Below, one piece after another: positions 11,207 to 21,610 of a stretch of DNA of 64,000 nt; within the stretch, counting starts at the first letter, position 1; each line of letters opens with the position of its first letter. The translations under genes were made by a program, and so were the position numbers. The notes beneath the pieces are model-generated. The model was not told the origin of the DNA and did not search any database. It saw nothing but the letters and a program-made list of their open reading frames with translations. This DNA comes from Eledone cirrhosa (lineage: Eukaryota), in assembly GCA_964016885.1 (NCBI GenBank), contig OZ024763.1, positions 28,830,001 to 28,894,000 on the forward strand, written 5' to 3'.

Positions 11207-13117
11207 ATGGCGGAGCCACGCCCCCTAGAGGCGGGTCTGCTGTCGTGCAACGGCGACTTGAGCGTTGAGAGGAGAGGTGAGGCGAGGAGCGCCACCAGCA
11301 CGAATGTGAGCAGCGACAGTGCCAGCACCAACGGGCCGAGCGGCGCGGAAGGTGGTAACAGCGACAACACCAACACCAACAAGCCGAACAGCGCAGAAGG
11401 TGGTAATAGCGAGAGCACCAACAAAACGAACAGCACAGAGAGTAATAGTAGCGACAGCAGCAGCACCAACAAGGCCAACAGCACAGAAGGTAACCACGAC
11501 ACAGGGGAGAACAACAACAGCAATAGCAGCAGCAACACCAACAAGAACAACAACAGTGACAACACCAACAAGAACACTTTCGCTGCTGTGGCAGCGGCTA
11601 AAAGGAGACCATGCTACAGCATCGACTTAACCAACAGAGAGGAAAAGTTGGCCCAGGCCTGGAAAATCATAAATCAAGAGCAGACCTGGGCAAACTTAAC
11701 TGTCCCGGCAGAAGCCATTGAGGCAGTGGAAAAAAGGACGGTGCATTTCAGATGCATCTCAGTAGAGACAAAGAGGGCAGCGATAATCGCCCAAGCTGAC
11801 ATAGAAGCCGCACTGAAATACATCAGAGAGGACACAGACTTCATAGAGAGGGGCAGGCAATACGGCACCGTTTCGGTGCTGTTCAAGTCTGAAGCCCTCG
11901 CTGTGAAGCATTCAATGACCCCTTGCAAAACCAGCAAGGTCATAATGTACCCCTCCCACATGGGAAAACGAATAGCACGTGTGCGCATTCCCAGGATTCC
12001 ACCAGGACTTGATATGTGGTGGCTCCTGGGTTGCGTAATCGTGGAAGGAACGGATACAGTCCCGGTAGAGGCAACGAGAACTGCCAGGGACGACTGGTCC
12101 GGGGTTGATCTGGAGATACTGCTCCAAATCAGACCCGAAAACGTAAAAACAATCCCGGACCACATCCGCCTCCAAAACGGGAGGGTGTTGCATATAATGA
12201 CTGAGGGCAAAAGGCCGCATTGTTTCCTTTGTGGGGAAACGACACACTTGCGAGCCTTCTGCCCTCAACTGCCGAAAAGCGCAAGGGGTCGAAAGATTCC
12301 ACTGCTGGCGACGCCGGGACAAGGACCACCAGCAACACCGTCAACAATGGAACCACCAAAATTGCACACCCAGGGGGGAAACGAGGAAAGCTCTCCCATT
12401 CCCCCTCCCCCCCAAAATACACACACGAACAAGAACATAAACACTCACTCAGACACAAACACGCTCACAGCCACAGACCCCTCATCCTCCAGCAGTGAAG
12501 ATGAGGGAAAACCAAAGTCCCCCAAAATACAAAAAACAAAACACAAAAAAAAAAGAAATCCACAAAGCACAAACACCCCCACAAAAAAAAATACACACAC
12601 CACCCACACAAACATTTTCCCCACAGCATCACCAACACAACCACCAAAATCCCCCAAACGCAAACAAGCTAAACAGACACAAGAACAAATAGACACACAA
12701 ACATCAGAAACTACAGACACCCCACCCACAACAAACGCAGACACAATAGAAACAACACTAACAAAGCTATCACCACCACAATCACACGAACAAATAAAAC
12801 CCGAGCAACAAAACATTAAAAACTTCGTGCTTGCCAGAAGGGCCAACAAGGAATTGATGGCCCATGTAGCACGAAGCACAAACATCGAAAAAGACGGGGA
12901 AACATTTGAAGCGAGCACATTTCGCGTACCAGATAATTTGCTTCTGATGCGAATGTCGCTCGCTTCATACAAAGAAATTCGAAAGAGCTTTCCTCGGGAT
13001 GTGGGAACCCCGAACGTAAAACCCACGTCAAGACTATTAAAGGGGTTCCCAAAAGAAACCCCACAAACCATGGAGGTCGAACCACCCGACCTTCACAAGA
13101 CCCCGGAAGGTAAGTAA
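11207..13117 (+). CDS. Tx1-type ORF1 (gag-like nucleic-acid-binding protein, 636 aa)
   Basis: First in-frame ATG in strong context AACATGG at 11207; N/S/T-rich N-terminus; zinc knuckle CFLCGETTHLRAFC (CX2CX4HX4C); P/T/K-rich linker. Confidence 0.9.
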   Translation: MAEPRPLEAGLLSCNGDLSVERRGEARSATSTNVSSDSASTNGPSGAEGGNSDNTNTNKPNSAEGGNSESTNKTNSTESNSSDSSSTNKANSTEGNHDTGENNNSNSSSNTNKNNNSDNTNKNTFAAVAAAKRRPCYSIDLTNREEKLAQAWKIINQEQTWANLTVPAEAIEAVEKRTVHFRCISVETKRAAIIAQADIEAALKYIREDTDFIERGRQYGTVSVLFKSEALAVKHSMTPCKTSKVIMYPSHMGKRIARVRIPRIPPGLDMWWLLGCVIVEGTDTVPVEATRTARDDWSGVDLEILLQIRPENVKTIPDHIRLQNGRVLHIMTEGKRPHCFLCGETTHLRAFCPQLPKSARGRKIPLLATPGQGPPATPSTMEPPKLHTQGGNEESSPIPPPPQNTHTNKNINTHSDTNTLTATDPSSSSSEDEGKPKSPKIQKTKHKKKRNPQSTNTPTKKNTHTTHTNIFPTASPTQPPKSPKRKQAKQTQEQIDTQTSETTDTPPTTNADTIETTLTKLSPPQSHEQIKPEQQNIKNFVLARRANKELMAHVARSTNIEKDGETFEASTFRVPDNLLLMRMSLASYKEIRKSFPRDVGTPNVKPTSRLLKGFPKETPQTMEVEPPDLHKTPEGK

Positions 13118-13146
13118 ACCTTTCCTCTCCCATTCATCCTGCCAGC

Positions 13147-16100
13147 ATGGCCATAAGAGTAGGAAGTTTAAATGTTCGTGGCCTGGGGTCGCCCTGGAAG
13201 CAAGGTCACTTGCTCAACGACCTCAGGTCACTAGGAATGGATGTAATTGCCATCAGCGAGACCAGAATTTCCGACACACGCGCACTGGCGCCGATTTTCG
13301 ACGATTATCAGATCTTTGCATCTGTTAGTCGGCCGGGAATGGGAGGTGGAGTGGCTGTGCTGTTTAGGAAATGTCTGGATCTCGAGGTAAGGTCAATCTT
13401 CCGGGATCCTGACGGAAAGTTGGTGGTCCTGGACGTGAGCAATAGCGAAGGTGGTGCCTTTAGACTGGTGGCCGTCTACGCCCCTACTGGGGCCGGTCGG
13501 CCGGACTTCTTTAGGCGCCTGGAAAACTTTCTGCTTACGTCTCGCCCTTTACTGTTAATAGGGGATTGGAATGGCATCTTAGAAGCACGCTGGGATTGTG
13601 TGGGAGTATCTGATAGGAGCGGGGGGTGCAAAAGCCTCAAGTACCTGATCAGCCAGTTTCAACTGTCTGACAGGTACCGACTAGATTTCCCTAATGCGCC
13701 AGTATGGACCTGGACCAATCGCATAGGGTCATCTAGATCGTACATAGATAGGATTTTCATTAGGAAAAGAGATAGAAATAGTGTAGGATGTCCACATTTT
13801 AAAACGGTTGCCTATTCAGATCACAAGCTTGTGATCTGTATGGTCGACCTAGATAAGACACGTAGGTTAGGACCTAGCTACTGGAAGCTAAACATGTCGT
13901 TTCCGGCACGTAAAGCTTACAGGGACCGGGTCAACAACTTAGTTAAGCAAAAGTTGACAGGGGGGGTTGTCAACAACAGGTGGTGGGGGGCACTCAAAAG
14001 AGAGATTAGAGCAACCTCGATAGGATTTAGCAAAGAAGTAGCAATAGAGAAAAATAGAAAGGAGGAGGGGCTGATAGCTAAGTTAGACGAGGCTATTTGT
14101 AGTGGCATTGCAACAGACGTGCTAGCGGCGAGAATGGCACTAGACCATTTCTTCAATGCGAAACACGAAGGTTGCATTGTCAGAGCTAAGGCGCGTGCTC
14201 TGAGGAACGAGGGAACCAAAGCTGCCCGATGGGCTCGCTTTGCAGAGACGCAGCGTGGAAATAAAACCACAATTCGGTCTTTGACGGATCGAGATGGACA
14301 CGAACTGAGCGATTCCAAGCAGATGTGTGAGGCCTTTCGCCAGCACTTTGCTCGATTGTTCGGGAGGATGGGTGAGTCGGAGACGGCGGCGGACTTCAGT
14401 CCCTACCTCGACGGCTTGCCACGCCTCTCGACGGCCGACGCTGAGCGCTGCGAAGAGCCGATAACATCAGCCGAAATTCAGGACGCCCTTGTCGGCTGCT
14501 CGAGTCGCAAGTCACCCGGTTTGGATGGTCTGCCCTACGAGCTTTACGTAAATATGCCAGACTTGTTCTCCGATCTCCTCGAAGCGCTCTACTGCAACTG
14601 GCAGCAGAACGGGAGCATTCCCAGTTCTGTGAGCCGTGGCGTAGTGACGCTGATAAGGAAAGACGAGAACAAGAGGGACACACTAGATAATTTCAGGCCC
14701 ATAACCCTGCTCAACACAGAGTTTAAGATTTTGGCCAAGGTGTTAGCGAAAAGGTTGGCGCTTGTCGTCAAAGATTTGGTTGGGGAGGCGCAAACTTGCG
14801 CAATCCCGACCAGGTCCATACACGACAACCTCCACCTCATGCGATACATCATAGAGAGGGTTGGGTGCAAACCTGGCTTCGGTGGGGCTCTGATCAATTT
14901 AGATCAATCGAAAGCATTCGATAGGGTCGACCATCGGTACTTGGAGGCTGTCCTCGAGGCGGCTGGCTTCGGCCCCGTCTTCAGAAGCTGGATCGCTGCA
15001 ATGTACAACGGCATCCGCTCGGTGGTCAAAGTTAATGGCCACCTCTCGGAACCGTTTCAGATCTCTCGATCGGTCCGTCAAGGGTGCCCTCTCTCCTCAC
15101 TTCTGTACGTATTGACTCTTGAGCCTCTACTGCGGAAGCTGGAGTTGTTGCAGGGCATCCCGCTCGAACCGGGACGTAGAAAGGCTGCGTCCGCTTATGC
15201 GGACGACATCACCGTGATGGTGTCGGACACCTCGGAAATCGAGGTGATCCGCACCCATTTGGAGGAATATGAAAGGTTGACGGGAGCAAAACTTAACCCG
15301 GAAAAGTCGGTGGGCTTGCAGCTCGGCACCTGGAGAGGCAAGTCCATGCCGTCCAACAGCGTCGTTGGGCGCTGGACAGACGGACCGGTAAAGTTGCTCG
15401 GGGTTTGGTTCGGACCAGACCTCCAGGTGGATAAGAATTGGGACGAGGTGACGAGCAGGATAGCCAACCTCACCCAGAAATGGGCTGAGAGAAAGCTATC
15501 ACTGAAAGGGCGGGCGGAGGTGGCGAACGCGTACATCGCGTCCGTCATCTACTACCGCCTGACCGTCGTGCCTTGCACCCGTCCACGCCTCGCCAATTTG
15601 GAACGGCTCCTTTTCAAATTTTTGTGGAGGGGACGGGTCCCGTTGGTGAGGCGGTCCATCTGCTGCCAGCACCCTCTTCGTGGAGGGCTGGGCATGCCGT
15701 GGCTAATGATGCGCAGACATGCGCTGAGGCTGCGACATCTCCAGATATTTTGCCTAAACGGTGAACAGGTGTGGTCGCCGTTTGTTAGACGGGCCTTTCC
15801 GCAGCTCATCTCTTTGACTGAGCTGCAGTCCTGGGTCAAGAAGAGACCGAGACTGGGCGACTGGCATCTGGAATGTTGCCAGGCGCTCACTGCACTCTGC
15901 AAGGTGGGCAATGCGGTCAGTGGAACTTCCACTCAAGATTTCTATAGAGGATTAGTGGAGGGCAAGTGCGATGACGTACTAGGAGAGGCTCTGGGCGTCA
16001 ACGAAGTAGAACTGACCAGTATGTTCCGGAGGACTTTCGAGCCGGGGACGATGGATAACTTCCAGAAATCCCTCGCTTGGCAGTGCTACCGGGGGGCGCT

Positions 16101-16566
16101 GCCGGTTCGGGATAAACTCTACAGGCACGGAAGTGCTGTCAGACGAACCTGCCCGAGATGCGCGCAGAGCGACGAAACCGTTCTGCACGCACTCGTCCAG
16201 TGTCCGTGCATTGCTGACTTGTGGGGTTATGTCGAACAGCTATTGTCGCGTGTAGAACGGATCCGGCTATCGTCCGAGTCCATAGTGAAGATTGACCCGC
16301 CGCCTTCTTTTGGTCAGGAAGGGCAGGCAATTTTCCTCTGCCTGGTGGCAGTAGCGAAAGAGGTTGCATGGTGGACCAGGTTGAAAGGACTGAAGACAGA
16401 CACTTTTCTCTTCGGCCAATCCCTCATCAACTTCTTCAAGTTTCACTTGGAAAGGAAGGTGAGGGTGGAGAGAGAAGTGCTGCCCCCCAGTACATTTACT
16501 GAAAGGTGGGTGAATGTGGCGAGAATGGCCCGCGTGAGTGGGCCTACTCTGATCATGCGCCTGTAG
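13147..16566 (+). CDS. ORF2: APE endonuclease, reverse transcriptase and C-terminal CCHC finger (1139 aa)
   Basis: APE motifs SLNVRGL, ISET, VYAP, GDWN, YIDR, SDH; RT motifs KSPGLDG, FRPITLLN, LDQSKAFDRV, VRQGCPLS, YADD; CPRC-x8-H-x4-C; no stops or frameshifts. Confidence 0.97.
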   Translation: MAIRVGSLNVRGLGSPWKQGHLLNDLRSLGMDVIAISETRISDTRALAPIFDDYQIFASVSRPGMGGGVAVLFRKCLDLEVRSIFRDPDGKLVVLDVSNSEGGAFRLVAVYAPTGAGRPDFFRRLENFLLTSRPLLLIGDWNGILEARWDCVGVSDRSGGCKSLKYLISQFQLSDRYRLDFPNAPVWTWTNRIGSSRSYIDRIFIRKRDRNSVGCPHFKTVAYSDHKLVICMVDLDKTRRLGPSYWKLNMSFPARKAYRDRVNNLVKQKLTGGVVNNRWWGALKREIRATSIGFSKEVAIEKNRKEEGLIAKLDEAICSGIATDVLAARMALDHFFNAKHEGCIVRAKARALRNEGTKAARWARFAETQRGNKTTIRSLTDRDGHELSDSKQMCEAFRQHFARLFGRMGESETAADFSPYLDGLPRLSTADAERCEEPITSAEIQDALVGCSSRKSPGLDGLPYELYVNMPDLFSDLLEALYCNWQQNGSIPSSVSRGVVTLIRKDENKRDTLDNFRPITLLNTEFKILAKVLAKRLALVVKDLVGEAQTCAIPTRSIHDNLHLMRYIIERVGCKPGFGGALINLDQSKAFDRVDHRYLEAVLEAAGFGPVFRSWIAAMYNGIRSVVKVNGHLSEPFQISRSVRQGCPLSSLLYVLTLEPLLRKLELLQGIPLEPGRRKAASAYADDITVMVSDTSEIEVIRTHLEEYERLTGAKLNPEKSVGLQLGTWRGKSMPSNSVVGRWTDGPVKLLGVWFGPDLQVDKNWDEVTSRIANLTQKWAERKLSLKGRAEVANAYIASVIYYRLTVVPCTRPRLANLERLLFKFLWRGRVPLVRRSICCQHPLRGGLGMPWLMMRRHALRLRHLQIFCLNGEQVWSPFVRRAFPQLISLTELQSWVKKRPRLGDWHLECCQALTALCKVGNAVSGTSTQDFYRGLVEGKCDDVLGEALGVNEVELTSMFRRTFEPGTMDNFQKSLAWQCYRGALPVRDKLYRHGSAVRRTCPRCAQSDETVLHALVQCPCIADLWGYVEQLLSRVERIRLSSESIVKIDPPPSFGQEGQAIFLCLVAVAKEVAWWTRLKGLKTDTFLFGQSLINFFKFHLERKVRVEREVLPPSTFTERWVNVARMARVSGPTLIMRL

Positions 16567-17237
16567 GCTGGTGAATTCGAGAAGGAGAGGGGTGCCCTTC
16601 CCGGGTGCCCTAGGAGCGTCGGGTGGCTCAGGACTGGTGGGGTGCTTGAGTCAACCCTGGGTGGTGATCCCTCTTATTGGGGAACTTTCATTGTTGTATT
16701 TTTATTGTTATTTTGTTTTTGTTTTTTTGTTATTTATACTTACTCGATCTCTATGTAAACCCCCACTGTCCCTGTCTATTGTGTTGTCCCCTATATGTCG
16801 GCCCTTGTGGCCAATAAATGAAATCATTATTATTATTATTATTATTATTATTACTACGATGGATTGGCAGAATCGGTAGAGCGTCGAACAACATGCTTTG
16901 TGGCATAGAGCTACGTCCCTTTACGGTCCAAGTTCAAACGACGCTGAGGTTAGATTTGCCTTTCATCCATAGTGATGAGGTTGGGGAGGGGAGCGGGTTC
17001 CATAAAATAAAGTACCAGTAATGAACTGGGGTCGATTTAATCGACTCCCCCCCCCAAAAAAAAAATTACTGGCCTTGTGCCTATACTAGAAATAATTATT
17101 TCTAGCACTTCTACCACAGGATGAAAGGTTAACTTTGCCTTTCGTCCTTACAGGGTCAATGAAATAAAGTACCAGTAATGCACTGGGGAAGGTTGCTGGC
17201 CTTGTGCTAAAAGTAGAAAAAAATATTTCCAGCACTT

Positions 17238-17635
17238 CTTGTGACTACCTAGAAATGTTTCTGATAACCGTGTGGGAATAAAACCCAATGAAAGCAGTAG
17301 TGGCTGATGCAGTGGGTAATGCTGGCTCTTCTCCGCGTAATGAAGTTTGTAACCACATAGAGATGTTTTTGATAACCGTGTGGGATAAATGTCTTCCCAA
17401 CGACCACTTCATATTACGAGAAATGCATACCAGTTAAACAGTAATGGCTGATGCAGTGGGTAATGCTGGCTATTCTACACGTAATGCAGCTTGTGACCAC
17501 ATAGAGATGTTTTCGATAACCGTGTGGGATAAATCTCTTCCCAATGACCACTTCATATTACGAGAAATGCACATCAGTTAAACAGTAATGGCTGATGCAG
17601 TGGGTAATGCTGGCTGTTCTACACGCAATGCAGCT
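17238..17635. repeat. ~144 bp tandem repeat, two full units plus one shorter unit
   Basis: catagagatgttt..gataaccgtgtggga...tggctgatgcagtgggtaatgctggct recurs. Confidence 0.85.
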
Positions 17636-18365
17636 GAGATTTGCCCCTCGACTGGGGTTCCTTTACATTTTTTAATAATTTATTTTCACTTTCTTTGTTC
17701 GATTTTTGAAAGAATAAACAAACGTTGATAATTTTATAAATGCCTTGTTGACTTTGCCTTTCATCCTTACGGGGTCGATAAAATAAAGTACCAGTAATAC
17801 ATTGGGGTAATTGCTGGCCTTGTGCCTAAAGTAGAAACAATTATTAATAAAGTTTAGGGCGGTGGACTGGCAGTATCGGTAGAGGGTCGGACACCATGCT
17901 TTGCAGCATAGAGTTACGGCCCTTTATGGTCTGAGTTCAAATCTCGCCTAGGTTAACTTTGCCTTTCATCCTTACGGGGTCGATAAAATAAAGTACCAGT
18001 AATACACTGGAATAATTGCTGGCCTTGTGCCAAACGTAGAAACAATTATTAATAAAGTTTATGTCAGGGTGATGGATTGACAGAATCGGTAGAGCAACGG
18101 ACATGTTTTGCAGCAGAGAATTGTGCTTATTTACGTTTTGAGTTCAAATCCACTCGAGATTAGCTTTGCCTTTCATCTTTACAAGGTCGTAAAATAATGT
18201 ACCAGTAATGCACTGGTTCTATTTAATCAACATTTACCTCCCCCAAAGGGCGGCGGATTGGCATATCGGTGGAGGGTCGGACGCCATGCTTTCCAGCATA
18301 GTTACGTCCCTTTACGATCTGAGTTCAAATCCCGCCGAGGTTGACTTTGCCTTTCATCCTTACGG

Positions 18366-18622
18366 GGTCGATAAAATAAAGTACCAGTAATGTACTGGGT
18401 TATTGCTGGCCTTGTGCCTAAAGTAGAAACAATTATTAGTGGTCGATAAAATAAAGTACCAGTAATGTACTGAGTTATTGCTGGCCTTGTGCCTAAAGTA
18501 AAAAGAATTATTAGGGGTCGATAAAATAAAGTACCAGTAATGTACTGGGTTATTGCTGGCCTTGTGCCTAAAGTAAAAAGAATTATTAGGGGTCGATAAA
18601 ATAAAGTACCAGTAATGCACTG
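18366..18622 (+). repeat. 75 bp tandem repeat made from the SINE 3' half (about 3.4 units)
   Basis: ggtcgataaa at 18366, 18441, 18516, 18591. Confidence 0.9.
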
Positions 18623-18963
18623 GGGGTTTTTATCAACCCCCCCCCCAAAAAAAAAATGTTTGGCCTTGTGCCTAAATCAGAAATGATTATTATTATTATT
18701 ATTATTATTATTACGATGGATTGGCAGAATCGGTAGAGCGTCGGACAACATGCTTTGCGGCATAGAGTTACGTCCCTTTACGTTTCCAGTTCAAATGCCG
18801 CTGAGGTTAGATTTGCCTTTCATCTATAGTGATGAGGATGGGGAGGGGGTGGGGGCTCGATAAAATAAAGTACCAGTAATGAACTGGGGGTAGATTTAAT
18901 CGACTTTGCCTCCCCCCCCCCAACTCGGAAAAAAATTTGTTAGCCATATGCCAAAATCAAAAA

Positions 18964-18995
<32 letters not shown>

Positions 18996-19455
18996 GTTTG
19001 ACAGTAATCGGTAGGGCGTTGGACACCATGCTATGTGGCATAGAGTTACGACCCTTTACGTTCTGAGTTCAAATCACGCCGAGATTAGCTTTGCTTTTCA
19101 TCCTTCAGGAGAATTTAATGGACTTTGCCCCCCCTCCCGCCCCCCACACAAAAAAGAATATATTGGGGATGCGCCTAATTCAGAAAACATTATTATTATA
19201 TTATTATTATTATTATTACTATTATTGCTACGCTGGATTGGCAAAATCAGTAGAGCATCGGACAACATGCTTTGTGGCACAGAGCTACGTCCCTTAAGTT
19301 TATGAGTTCAAATCTCGCCGAGGTTAGCTTTGTCTTTCAACATTACGGGGGGGGGGGGGGTCGATAAAATAATGTACCAGTAATACACTGAGGTAATTGC
19401 TGGCCTTGTGCCAAAGTAGAAACAATTAATTTGGTCTTGTGCTTCATAGTAAAAA

Positions 19456-19492
<37 letters not shown>

Positions 19493-19944
19493 CACTACGG
19501 TGGATTGGCAAGTTCGGTAGAGCATCGGACATGCTTTGCGGCATATAGCTACGTCCCTTTGCATTGGAGCTGATAAAATAAAATACCAGTAACATACTGG
19601 GTCGATTTAATCGACTCTGCCCCCCCCCCTACCAATAAAAAATTATTGTTGGCCTTGTGTCTAAATCAGAACCCATTATTATCAATAAATATCTATCTAT
19701 CTATAGATATGATCGATGTTGTAGCAGAATCGGTAGAGCATCCATCAAAACGCTTTGCATTTTTTTCCAGCTCAAATCCCACTGGGGTTAAAATAAGGCG
19801 GGGTGGGGTGGGTGGGGGGGGCATAAAATAAAGTATCAGTTATATATTGGGGTCGATTTAGTCGACTGCCCCTTTTCCCAAATTGCCGGCCTTGTGTCTA
19901 TATCCGAAAGAATTTATTACTAAATTATAAATTATATGTTTACA

Positions 19945-20248
19945 CTGAGGATGAAAAACTCAGAGCTGTATGGGAGCATCCCAAAAGTCAGCTCAAAAGT
20001 GACACAGAGGAGACTGAGGTTGGCTGGACATGCTCACCGACATCCAGAGTTGACATTGCACTCAGTACTCCTTTGGGAGCCCCTACATGGACACACTAGA
20101 AGAGGAAGACCAAGGTTAACGTATGTTGATGCCCTAAGGACAGACACTGGTCTGTTGGAGATGCAGGACATGGCAGCGATAATGAGGGACAGAGACCGCT
20201 GGAGAGAACTCGTCTATGGATCTCGGGAATTTTACCCGCCTTAGATAG
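19945..20248 (+). mobile_element. 5'-truncated RTE-clade LINE 3' end with 11 bp TSD
   Basis: RRLRLAGHAHRH...LLWEP...RGRPRLTYVD...MRDRDRWR; (TAGA) tail; TSD ATATGTTTACA at 19934-19944 and 20249-20259. Confidence 0.9.
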
Positions 20249-21610
20249 ATATGTTTACATTTGAAAGATAGAAGTTAGTTTGATTGGACACAAAAGACAA
20301 ACATTGTTTAAGAATCGTTTATCGAATTTTATTTCCATGCTGATTTCAGGGTCTGATTTTAGGGAGAGAGATGGTCGAATGGATTTGGCTGCTGTTTTTA
20401 GCAGGACGATTGACCACGTTGACGTTCTGCTGTTGACTTGTAAATAAATAAATAAATTGAATTGATATGGCGTTTTTGTTGTTATTATTTTTATTATTTT
20501 GTCTTAAGCCAGCCCTTACCGGGAAGACATGTGATGAAGGTGATCCAAACATGGCCATCACGGCTAAATTTATTTTAGGAGAAAGCTCACATCAACATCC
20601 CATATATTATATATATATCAAACATAAGCGATCGAATTTATTTATTGATCTATTGATTTATTCAATCAGTATTCTACATTTTAAAATAATTAAATAATAA
20701 ATATTTCACTTTGTGAAACTTAAAAATTCATGTTTGGTAAAGATACTGTAACAATATATCATAACAAAACACGTATTATGTTATATCATGTACTATTTTC
20801 CAGTTACACCGGTTTTGTTAACCAATCAGCGGTCGTTTGACGCCATTAGTTTTTGCCACCTGTGTCCCAGCATGACGTCTTATTTCATAGTTGCTACACT
20901 TGTCTAAAATACTTGTGGCAAAAGCACGCCTACCAAGTAAAAGAAATAATAACTGAACAGGTGAGACATTTAATGTTTTACAAATGAAAAACTGAGTGAA
21001 GTTGACTTTAATTATGAACACAGAGATGATTTTTAACGGTATTTATCACAGCATATAGTTACGGCGTGTAAAACTATGTTGAAGAAACTTTTAACGTTGA
21101 CACAGCTTGTTGATACTACCTTACGTAATTTTAATTTTTATTATTACATCTATATCGGAGACTGGTATAATTATAAATATTTACCCTACATAGATTGACT
21201 TAATGTCAACAAATTTGTCAAAAGTATTCATCTGAATTTAGCAGAAAAAAAAAACCCATAGAATATAACCACAACAACACATGCTTTTGAAAATAGAAGC
21301 TTTATTTAATATTTTATTTGATTTGACACATAAAAAAATGTACCAGCCAAGCACCGGTGTCGAAGTTTAGTCTATATCTCTTTCTTGCTTCTATTCTCTC
21401 ATTCTTTATCCTTCTCCGTAAGAAATCTACTGTAGTTAGAGCTGGAGAAGAAAAGGGCTGACAGGCTTTAAAAATGCCCTAGAAACGCCGTAACAACATA
21501 GTGCGTCTCTTCGACTATCTGGGGGGGGGGGGGTTACAGGGCCATAAATATTATGTATGTAGCTTATATTTATCTACACAGAGGGAATAATATTGACTGT
21601 AAACAAATTT

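Larger units (their letters stand above)
10997..16852 (+). mobile_element. Full-length, apparently intact L1-clade/Tx1-type non-LTR retrotransposon
   Basis: 210 bp 5'UTR, ORF1, 29 bp spacer, ORF2, ~260 bp 3'UTR with AATAAA at 16813, flanked by (ATT)8 and (ATT)9; GC content far above flanks. Confidence 0.95.
16853..19920 (+). mobile_element. Long same-orientation array of family-A SINEs separated by (ATT)n tails
   Basis: About ten full or partial copies; copy 17857-18044 has 17 bp TSD ATTATTAATAAAGTTTA (17840-17856 and 18045-18061). Confidence 0.88.

Noticed and set aside
13110-13145. 36 nt intron fusing ORF1 to ORF2
   Set aside because: Too short for a typical metazoan intron, and the product is out of frame with ORF2
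11197-16369. Antisense and alternative-frame ORFs within the Tx1 element
   Set aside because: Shadow ORFs of GC-richer coding sequence with no recognisable motifs
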